A stretch of 64,000 bases of DNA, taken from assembly GCF_006345805.1 (NCBI RefSeq), contig NC_043014.1, positions 49,104,001-49,168,000 on the forward strand, in the 5' to 3' direction. Of the stretch, positions 53,101-64,000 are shown one piece after another. The notes under the pieces are model-generated. The model was not told where the DNA came from and did not search any database. It saw nothing but the letters and a program-made list of their open reading frames with translations. Position 1 is the first letter of the stretch. Every line of letters begins with the position of its first letter. A program made the translations under genes and the position numbers. This DNA comes from Octopus sinensis (lineage: Eukaryota).

Positions 53101-53773
53101 TGGACTCGGTTACAATAGCTACATCCACTCCGTGTGTCGTGAGGTCGTTCAGGAAATAAATTTGTTTCCATTTCGACCCCATTCCACGCACATTTACGCA
53201 ACCCAGCTTTGCCATTGTCGGTGAGAGAAAAAATAAACAAACTTACGGTTGGAACAGGGAGCATGGCAGTTTAAATCTGCCTGCTTCCCCTTCTTCCTCC
53301 CTTGTGGTCGTAGCTGCAGGGCTCTTAACCGGCGTTGCCATCGGGCTCTGGGTAGGTGTGGTTGCCGGGGTTATAATAAGTTTACCCTCCAGTATTTCCT
53401 TTGTTACATCTCTTATAAGATTATTCTTTAAATGTTCTTGTAGTGTTTTTTCTTTCCACTCGTCTTCCTTTATTTTTGCGAAGCGAGTGGTTGATATTGT
53501 GTCTGTAGACTTACTGAATAGTTTAACTTTTGAAAATTTGAAATATTTGTACACCCTATCGTTCTTCTCGTCAAATGCTATAATCTTATCATTTTTTTTA
53601 AACAATTTTTTCAAATCTTGTTTTATGGGGAGGGGCTTGGCGAACTGTGTTCCAATGAATATAGTGCCGTGGGGGTAGGGCTGGGGAATTTGTTTTGTAT
53701 GTATGTCTGCGGTGTTTGCTGATTTTTTCTTTGTTTGGGGAGGGGAGTCCAGGGTGTTATCTTTTTTTCTTTT
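50171..53773 (-). mobile_element. L1/Tx1-clade LINE, inactive; 811-codon open RT segment
   Basis: Same motifs as 16813-20432. The endonuclease is separated from the RT by the shared stop and frameshift at ~52590-52695. The 3' end is cut at a (TA)n tract. Confidence 0.95.
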
Positions 53774-55240
53774 TCAAATTGTTTAGTTAACTAGAAAATT
53801 CCGTCCACCAAACAGAAAAGATCCCAATGGAGAGATGTTTTACTTTCACTTTTGACATGTGATATCGATTCACCAGTATTCGAGTAGGTCAATGCGGAAG
53901 TAAAATGTTTTTACAGAAGTCTTTCACATTTACTCATTTAGTTGGTGACATTAACGGGCGTTGATATTATTATCTGAGATTCCCAAAACAGTTTTTATTA
54001 TTTCTTAATTATTTTCCCTCTTCAATCTCGACTATTTTACTTTATTAATCCCTTCACAACTTCCAGCATTCCAATAGGACCTGGTTTCCAGAGAGGAACA
54101 CTTGCACAAAAAGTGACACTCTCTCTGTATATAATATTCGTTGCCATATATTTACCATTCTGAGAAGCTTGGATAGAGATTGGTTACAAATTTAAGTTAC
54201 AAATTACAATTTTGTTTACAATAATGTTTTCTTTTGACACATTCTACCAGTATACGAAGTTTGAAATTGTTTAGTTAACTAGAAAATTCCGCCCACCAAA
54301 CAGAAAAGATCCCAATAGAGAGATGTTTTACTTTCACTTTTGACACGTAATACCGGTTAAACCAGAATTCGAGTAGGTCAATGCGGATATCACATGCTTT
54401 CAGAGAATTCTTTCACTTTTACTCATTTAGTTGGTGACATTAACGGGCGTTGATATTATTATCTGAGATTCCCAAAACAGTTTTTATTATTTCTTAATTA
54501 TTTTTCCTCTTCAATCATTGGTTAAAATTCGTAAAATTAAACTACGTTTAAGTTACAAATTACAATTTTGTTTACAATAATGTTTTCTTTTGACACATTC
54601 TACCAGTATACGAAGTTTGAAATTGTTTAGTTAACTAGAAAATTCCGTCCACCAAACAGAAAAGATCCCAATAGAGAGATGTTTTACTTTCACTTTTGAC
54701 ACGTAATACCGGTTAAACCAGAATTCGAGTAGGTCAATGCGGATATCACATGCTTTCAGAGAATTCTTTCACTTTTACTCATTTAGTTGGTGACATTAAC
54801 GGGCGTTGATATTATTATCTGAGATTCCCAAAACAGTTTTTATTATTTCTTAATTATTTTTCCTCTTCAATCATTGGTTAAAATTCGTAAAATTAAACTA
54901 CGTTTAAGTTACAAATTACAATTTTGTTTACAATAATGTTTTCTTTTGACACATTCTACCAGTATACGAAGTTTGAAATTGTTTAGTTAACTAGAAAATT
55001 CCGTCCACCAAACAGAAAAGATCCCAATGGAGAGATGTTTTACTTTCACTTTTGACATGTGATATCGATTCACCAGTATTCGAGTAGGTCAATGCGGAAG
55101 TAAAATGTTTTTACAGAAGTCTTTCACATTTACTCATTTAGTTGGTGACATTAACGGGCGTTGATATTATTATCTGAGATTCCCAAAACAGTTTTTATTA
55201 TTTCTTAATTATTTTACTTCTCCAATCTCGACTGTTTTAG
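53774..55240. repeat. Intronic TIR+IRF-site array (4 copies) with a GAS-containing spacer
   Basis: AAAAGATCCC at ~53820, ~54309, ~54664 and ~55020; period ~355 bp. Confidence 0.9.
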
Positions 55241-55773
55241 AATTTTAGAATTTTATCGTAACACAACCATAATAAGAGAAGAATAACCGATTCTAGATTT
55301 GGTAGCGTAGCATCATCTAGTTATTAGCTTTCGAAAATGTTGTGGGGAAAATGAATTCCATTGTTTATTTAAATGGTTTTTCAGTTTCATTAAACACACA
55401 TACACAAATGTATATACACTCTCACACGTTCTCCAGAGTCTACAGTGGGGTATACATACTCACGCACGCACACAGTCGAGTAATGGTAAAGGGTGTGCGT
55501 GTGCACACGCACACACGCAGAGTCAGAAACGCACGCACACACTTGATCGGGCGTGCGCACACAAAAACACACTCTCACACATACACACACAGAATGTCTT
55601 CAATCTTATGCATTGTCAACTTGCCAAATACTTCTTACGTAGAATGTTTCCACAATAGAAAAGTTTCAAATTTTCTAAATAACCGATCCAATTTCTTTTC
55701 GAACCTATGATAAATTTGATAACCTGATATTATCCAAGCAATTACCCAAGCTACTAGAGGTCAAAAACTCCCT

Positions 55774-56195
55774 GGGATCTTTTCGGTTTGAACGGCAGTT
55801 TTTAACATAATTTCTAGGTAACTAAAAAAATTTAAACTTCGTATACTGGTAGAATGTGTTTATAAAACATCTTTTTCTCTTGGCTTTATTGAGAAAATTC
55901 TATAGTTTGTAAGATATTTGTTGTTTTTTTTCTTCAATTTCTGCAATTTCAACCAATCAGTGACGTCTATTGAGTTAAAAAGCATTGTGTGCCGTATGAA
56001 TATGTCCCTCGTTTAAGAAACAGATTGGGTTTATTTACATTTGTGAAGAAAAAAAAGATACCCTTCAACCACCCTAACTAACCCTAACCCTAAAACAGAT
56101 TGAAATGCAATAGATCGATACTAGGGTCATAATTTTGGGTGACAATTTCATATGAAACCGCTAGAAAAAACTGCCGTTCAAACCGAAGAGATCCC
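55774..56195. mobile_element. GGGATC-TIR MITE (unit 4)
   Basis: Paralogue of 2106-2528. Confidence 0.85.
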
Positions 56196-57086
56196 AAGCT
56201 GCTGCTAGTCTTATGACCGCTACAACAGCAATCAAAAAGATTCATGTTCTGTCGTGTTTTCGTGAGAAAAAAAAAATGGACATCGAAGGGGAATAAATCT
56301 TTTATGGTTTGTGTATGATAGTTAAGGAAAGGTTGCCATGATGAATAAAACACGGGAGACAATATATACGTGTGTTCCACAGAGTAATTTCCCTTGAAAT
56401 GAAATTGTAAAATTCCTTTTCTCTGTATTAAAATCGAGGGCAGCGTTTATATCTCTAAGTTTTTAGTATAGTGATGCAATTTTATAGAAGACTAGCAGTA
56501 TAACCCGGCGTTGCTCGGGTTTCTTTCGACCCTTTAGGATTGGAATTTTTGAAAGCTACAAATTTTGCATTATGTAGCTTGTTATTCTCTGAACATTTTT
56601 CTGGTAGAAATACACTGAGAAATGGCGACAGAGCAGTAAAAAAAATCGTCAAAATTAGGGATTTTCATAGAAAAAAAGCACCTTTTTGATGTTAACATGC
56701 TCCGATTTGAATTTTTTCTTCTACGGAAGGAAGAGCAAGCCTTCTTCTATCATACTCTCAATTTTGGTCAACTTGTGCCGCAGGGTCTCAGAGGAGATAG
56801 TGTCAGTTGAAGGCTACCAAACCTGCCATACGCAGACAACTTCAGCTTTATATAGAGAGAGATTAATTGTACGGAAATATATAATTTCGCTGCTTTTCGG
56901 AGACGCGCACACACACACATGTATGTATATATGAATATGTATAAATGTGTAGGTGAAAGTGTTTGTGTGCGTGTATGTGTGTGTGTTATATACTTATAGG
57001 CTTGGTTGTGAGGTATAAAAGTTGTTTCTCAACCCTGTGCTACTGGGTTCGGTTTCAATGTGCGGCAATTTCAATTTCTGCCTACA

Positions 57087-58299
57087 CAGGGGTTGGCCAA
57101 AATAATGGAAACACCTTAACGTTTCAAACAAATTTATTTTGATATGGCAGTAATTTTGATATTTGGCAGTAATTACAAGTTGAATTCTACGAGATATGGA
57201 CTTGTACAAAGTTTGAATTCTTTCCAAAGGAATTTTTGTTCAAACAGTCTCCAGTTCTTGTAGTGATGATAGTGGAGGATATCGGCTCCTTCCTTATTTT
57301 TCTAAAATGCACAATAAGTGTTCAATAATATTGAGACCTGGGGACTGTGGTGGCCATATAAGATGTTCAACCTCACTAAAATGTTCCTCGTACCATTCAG
57401 TAACAACTTTAGCTGTGTGAATTGGTGCATTATCATTCTGAAAGATTGCATTTCGCTCCGGAAACAGTTCTGCAACCATTGGATGAATTTGATCAGATAA
57501 AATGCTTCAATAGTCTTGACTATTAATTCTGCCATGAAGGAAAATCATTGGGCCAGCGGATTTCCAAGATATATCCCCGAAAGCTCATCATTGCAGATCC
57601 TCTTCCGTGTTTAATAAAAGAAAGCAGTCTGGGTCAAATGCTTCTTTTGGCTGACTCCACAAGTACACTCGGTGGTCGGAAAAAAGGTAAAGGATGACTC
57701 GTCCAAGAAAATAACATTCATCCACTGCTCTGGGGACCAATTCTGTAGATTTTTTACTCCACTCTAAACGCTTTGCAACGTTTGTTTTTGAAAGTAGTGG
57801 TTTTCTTAACAGTAGCCCTCCCTTGAAATCCTGCCTTTTGTAGCTCCCGGTGAACTGTTCTTGAGGAAACTGGGTTCTCTACAGTAATTTAGGGAGCTGT
57901 ACTTTTGTGATTCTTTCTAATAATTCGCATAAGAATCCAACGGTCCCTATCTGGAAGTTTTGGTTTTCTTCTGGAGTTTTGTTTCAACGAGGAGGTTTTT
58001 TTCCTCTTTCTCAAAGGCTGTCATTACTTTCAAGACTTCTTGATACACCAAACATTTCAGCTGTTTTCGTTATGCTAGCGCCTGCTATACGAGCACCAAC
58101 AATTTGACCGCTTTGAAAGTCCGATAGATCTGTCATCTTAATGAATTTTAATTACCTTATTTTGATGATATCTGAAAAGAAAAAGCAATTTTAGCAAAAC
58201 ATATTAAGCAACACTAATAATAAATCAAAAAACGTTTTGACGGTTTTATAAATATCTCAAAATTATGATGTTATGATGCTAGGTGTTTCCATTATTTTT
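57087..58299 (-). mobile_element. Degenerate Tc1 transposon (unit 4)
   Basis: DNAPIH and WPPQSPGLNIIEHL in ORF 57294-57479. Variant left TIR. Confidence 0.9.
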
Positions 58300-58674
58300 G
58301 CGCGTGTGTGTATGTGTGTGTGAGAGAGTGTTATATCATATTATATTACATAATATAAGTGATCTGCAACAGCCTGTCCATCTTGTTGTTGTTGACGTTG
58401 TTGTTGATGATGATGATGATGATGATGCATTTATCACTCTGTCAAACACACCTCTTACATTGTTCTCTCACTTATTTACGCTCAGTTTTCTGTGCGCATA
58501 TTAAAAACATCGAACATTCGGATCCAAAATGCTCAGCCACTACATCAACCGTATCAGACAAGGAAGGTTTGACATTGTTTCATTAACTAAAAATCGAAAA
58601 TTGGAGAATATCTTTTTGTCAATGATAATGTGTGATATCATATTTCATACGCAATCATTTTGTTTTTATTTCAG

Positions 58675-60155
58675 GATGAAGGAAGTAGAAGAGAATCGTA
58701 TAGGGAGAGAATTAAAAGATTTCCAAATGTAATGGAAGAAAGTTTTGAGAAAGCCGAAGAAGGTTGGTCGTCTTTCTACAAAAAAGTAGAAAGTACGTTG
58801 AATAATGATATCTTATTTGGTTTAGAAGATGAGATTCGTCAAAAGAACGTCCTAGTATATATTCTGTGGCAGATGAACGATAAATTTCAGCTGAAAAATT
58901 AGCCAATGAAGTTCGAGAAAAGAAGCCAGATAACCTGGTGGCATTAACCAACCTTGCATTCATTCATTTGTACGATGGAAATATCCCTGAGGTAAGAAAC
59001 CTTTTGGATAATCTAAGCAAGCTTGAAGAAAGAGAAAATTTCTCGCTGATAGAAGCAGAAGGCAAAAGAAATGTTGCTTATTGTTTAGCTACTATATCTT
59101 TTGAAGATCATGAAAGAGCTGTCGAACTTTACAAAGAGTCTCTCAACGTTTGTCCAGACGATTATCTGTGTATGTTTTCTATTGCTTTGTTGCAATATCG
59201 TTGTTTAAAAAAGAACATAGATAAAGAGAAAAGACGTGAAAATATTAAGGAATCAATACAGTACTTAGAGAAAATACGATGTGCTTTTCCACGCCATATT
59301 GATAAGGCCCTAATGGGAAGAACATTAGCATTGATTGGTTTGTTTCAACTTAGTCCTTATAATTTTCATAGTCAACCAGCTAAAGAGTATTTTCAGAGAG
59401 CTCTTGATATTTCCCCTGATGACCGCTATGTTTTGGAGAAAAGTGCCTATCATTATATACGTTCATATCAGAATGAAGAAGGAAGAAAATTGCTTGAAAA
59501 AGCAATTGAAATAAAGGCAACATCATATTCTCATCATCAGCTTGGATTAGTTTATCTAAGAATGAATACACCAAAATATACATATGTCCCAATGAACAAA
59601 CAATTCTCAAAAGAAACGAATGAATTTGCGAAAGTTTTAAAACATGCTCAAAGTATTCCTCATATAGAAAGGAATGAGTTAATCAACAAAGCTGAATATC
59701 ACTTTCAACAAGCTCTTGAACTTTCTCATGAATGTTCACCTGCTCTCTATGATATCATTTTATTATATATGTCTTTGAAAGAATATGACAATGCCAGGAA
59801 GTATTGTGAAAGATTTAAAGCAGATAACAAAATGCAAGATGTTAATTTTAACATTTTGTTTGGAAGATTATGTTTTAAAGAAGCAGATGTAAAAAATGAT
59901 GAAGAAGAAAAAGATCAATTAAGACGTACAGGAATGGATAGGTTTGTTCTGGCTCTTAAATCTGCTGTAGAATTTCTTCCTTTCAACAAAGACCTGATAG
60001 AAATTTGGGAGATAAAGGAAATAATACTTGATTTATATGAGTATGGAAATGGAAATACTGAATACAAAAAATTTGTTTTGGAATTCATTCACTCAGTAGA
60101 AGACCTTGCCAATGACAAAGCGTTCCAAAATATACTTCACAAGAGTGAATTATAA
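58675..60155 (+). CDS. IFIT/TTC22-like TPR gene copy 4, large exon; one 1-bp deletion in a T-run at ~58885, possibly an error
   Basis: ORFs 58660-58902 and 58938-60155. GATAAATTTCAG here versus GATAAATTTTCAG in copies 1 and 2. Confidence 0.82.
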
Positions 60156-60450
60156 AAGATAAATTGTGTTCATAAATATACTTTCCTTATTACTTTCTTT
60201 ATTGATAATACTCAACAATATTTTGAAATTCATTGTTATATATCTCACGTTTTCTGAAGTAATACCAAACACGTTTATCTAAAGCTAAATTTTAAAAATC
60301 ATATAAATTTAGACTACTCCTTTCTTTGAAACACAAGCTGAATGTAGCAAAGAATTCTACAGGAAATATTACTGCCTTTGTTATGGATGTGGCCCTGAAA
60401 CCAACGTTGAAATGACGTCAGAGCATTCAAAGGATGACGTCATAACTAAC

Positions 60451-60787
60451 TTTCATTTTGACATATTTTAACATCCCCAAACAGTGAAGAAGTGGCAGAA
60501 AATATTGGAATGAATCTAGAGATATGCTTTTGCTTGAAAGTTCCATTTGATAATCGTGACTACATATTGGGATGATGTAAAACTGGAAACCTTTGCATTA
60601 TACTGAAACATCGTTGGAATATTGGAATTCTATAAGTAACAATCAAAAATTACTAATTTACACAAAAGACACCAAGTAAATCATTGAAGATCGATAACCT
60701 AAGTAAGGACGACATTTTACTATCAGGAAACATGAAGCCAGAAATTCCAAAACATTTAAAAAGTTTTCCTCAATTTAAATGGCAATG

Positions 60788-60870
<83 letters not shown>

Positions 60871-60902
60871 ATAGTTTTAGTTTCCTTTGCAGACTATATT
60901 AG
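60451..60902 (+). pseudogene. Decayed TIR-like relic (copy 4)
   Basis: Same sequence and same lesions as 6684-7136. Confidence 0.55.
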
Positions 60903-61970
60903 TTCGTGTTCATTAGTGTGCAGATCATTTCATGTGTCTGTATTTTGGCAATGTCCTATCTAAGAGTTACTGCTGTTGTGGTGGTTCTACATCAGATGTA
61001 ACTTAACATCGGTGACAGGTCTTGATGATAAACTTTAATACTATTTTATTATGAAAGCACTAAAGAACTGAATGGCATATTTGGCCCTTGTAAATTGTTT
61101 GCCTCTTTTCTGGGACACAAGCAAATAACTGAGGCAGCAAAATCTTTCAACAGGTTAGCCATATGTGGAAGAGTTGTAACTTTCAGTTAAACGGGCATAA
61201 AAGAAATCGATGTAATAAACATCACAGAGAAAATACGTATAAACTTATCATCAGATCCTCGTTACTTCCCTGCACTTCCCATAAAAACATGTAAACATTC
61301 CACTAACCAAACCACATTAGTTATGTATTAAAACCTTTTAACTTAAAGAAGAAAATAATGCGGGAGTGCTATGATAGTAGTAGGATGTTGAATGGTCAAG
61401 TGACCTAAAAGTGATCACTTGACAATTTTAACATCCTACTACTATCCTAACATCCTGCATTCTCTTATTATTCTGTCTCTTTCTTCTTCTTCGTCTTCCT
61501 CTCCACCACCTCCTTCCTTACTTTACTACTACTGCTGTTTAGAATAACATCTACGAAAATATTATAAACAATACATTCAAAAGAGATATCACAAGGATTC
61601 AATCACTACTACCATCCACAACAATCCACTTACTGGGCAAAACGCCATTTAACATCCTACTACGATCATAGCACTCCCATATTATTTCTTCCTCCTCCAC
61701 CTCCTCCTTCTTCTTCTTCTCTGCCAAGAACTCACAATGACCGCGAACCCCCAAGAGTAAACAAGAGAGACAGAGACAGGCAGAAACACGGAAAATGTCC
61801 CTTGTATTTGAATACTATGCAAATATTCTTTTAAAGTACTTTTCATATAATTTTTTCAAAATTTAATTGTTTTCCATACTTACAGTTGAAAAAGTCTCAA
61901 TGACTGAAACCAGTAATGAAATGTTTTTTTTATATAATTATTTTAGCATTTTCTACCTTGACTTTTTTCC

Positions 61971-62051
<81 letters not shown>

Positions 62052-63826
62052 CATACATACATACATTTTATTAACCTTAGCAATTTCACATAAACACACA
62101 CACACCCACAGATTCCTCTCAATGACTTCTAATATCATCAATTCACTGGTCAACATATTTCACTACAGATTGACAAATGTATTTTCAAGTGCATCGATGT
62201 GTGTAAACTAGGTTGCCAAACAGACATGAAACCTGATACCATTGTTCCAACATTTAGCATAAACTCAATGCAGCCTCACTTGGTTAACATTACTTACAAA
62301 CACAAACAAGCCATTCCAATTTGTTCTCCTCTTTCTTATAATATCTCGTTCATGTCTAACCCCTGCCATTTTCCCAATAAATAAAGGAAATTTATTTCAT
62401 TTCATAAACTGAAAATATCGGAAAGTTTTCATTAAATATAAATTCGAAAATTTGAAAAGAAATTTAATAGTGATATGGGGTAATTCGGAGAAAGAGTGCT
62501 TGTGGCCTGGTTCCGTGGTTTGGCGCCAGGCAGACGGATAAAGCCTTTGTCCTGTCAATTTTTAGAGAAATTAATGAGTTTGGAAAATACCTCAGACCCT
62601 TTTCCGGTCAAGCAAAGTTTAAGAAACCACCCTTTAAAATGCGGTGAGCTGTGAGTTTGTTGGTCAGTTCTGTCTGAGACGGTGAGTTGGCAACAGGTGC
62701 AGTCGGGAGAGGCTATGACAGGGATGACAGTCATGGCGAGAAAGACAGGCAGATAGCATTGGGGGCATGTAGAGCGAAAGAGAGGGATTACGGCGAAAAG
62801 GCATGGCTATTGTAGTAGGAGTTTGTAGCGGTATGTTTTGTTTATGTTAAAATTGTGAACTGTGTTGAAAAGAAAAAGTATTGTGTCAATAAAAGAGAAC
62901 TGTGAATTGAGGAAAAGAGGAAGAAAAGAAAGAAAAAAGAACATTGTGTTAAAGAGAAAAAGAAAGAAAGACAATGTTGAACTGTTTCGAACTCTATATT
63001 GCATCAAAACATTAATGTTTTGATTGTTTCCAGACGTTCTGTATTGTGCATGCCTTTTATTGTTTTCTTTTTTTAAATTCTGTTGCAGGTTATTTTCTTT
63101 AATGTATCTGATATGTTTCACGTTTTATTTGATGTTGTAATAATTGTATAAACTGTTGTTAAGCGTTAAGCAATTGCCTTCTGCCGTCTCTCTCTTTTCT
63201 TCCTGTTGTTGTTGTTGTTGTTATCTCCGGTCGCCGGTTCGAGTTCGCTGCCATCCCCCACAACCGTTTTCTCTGTGGCGGATTCCGTTCGACTGAGCCT
63301 GGTGAATCATTGCTCGACTTTGTAGGGTCCCGGGTTCGAGTTGAGCGATGGCAGGTTCGTAACAACAGCATTGTGTCTACAAGATGCCTGTAACAGCATT
63401 GGATTTTCCACAATTGACAATAAAAATTGAAATAAAATAAAAATAAAAGTATACAGTTGTGTTTGATTGTTGTTTTCCTTAAAATTATTCAAAGAAACAG
63501 ATGTATAAGAAGAAAACAATGAAAGATGAAAAAAAAATGGAAATCAGATGAATTTCTGATGAATTTGATCTCATAGGATACGTATAAGGGAAAGTAATGA
63601 GTTGTATGCAGATCTAATATTGAAGAAACAAACCTTCTAGACTCACAAAATACTTAAACTAAAATATAAGTGTCATTATAGTGGTGGTTGGCTGCAGAGT
63701 TTCAAAGTTCGACGTAACTTAATGTTTCGTGTAGTGTATGATGAAAGGTATTCAGTGGACAAGGAAGCAGCCGTAAAGGTATGGAAGAGTATTTATATAT
63801 ATATGTATTTATTTATATATATATAA

Positions 63827-63934
<108 letters not shown>

Positions 63935-64000
63935 AAAAGTATTAAATGAATTATAAATATAATATAAGTAAGAACACTAAGGTACGTTTCATGGCTACAA

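Overview
Animal genomic DNA, AT-rich and microsatellite-dense. The tRNA-derived SINE family and repeat landscape point to an octopus; this is an inference, not a database match. The window is a head-to-tail segmental duplication of about 3.5 units (periods 19,611, 15,395 and 17,946 bp, measured on the LINE endonuclease fragment). Each unit carries one + strand gene for an all-helical TPR protein of about 505-510 aa that resembles IFIT/TTC22. The gene has a tiny ATG exon, missed by the ORF track, and one large coding exon. Copy 3 is intact (34362-34391 + 40375-41862, 505 aa). Copy 1 is broken by a real deletion with a templated insertion. Copies 2 and 4 carry 1-bp indels that may be assembly errors. 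Four things stand out. (1) Copy 3's exon differs from its sisters mostly by amino-acid-changing substitutions, while flanking DNA is about 98% identical. (2) A decayed TIR-like domain lies just behind every stop codon, suggesting descent from a TPR-TIR protein. (3) The region upstream of the ATG exon holds IRF-element (AAAGTGAAAGT) and GAS (TTCTGAGAA) motifs. A 980-bp transposon with an 8-bp TSD split one IRF module, and its right TIR plus an IRF site was then amplified as a ~353-bp tandem repeat, both upstream and inside the intron. (4) The units are mosaics of one another. The rest is a dead L1/Tx1-type LINE, a Tc1 relic, SINEs, MITEs, Helitron-like elements and microsatellites.
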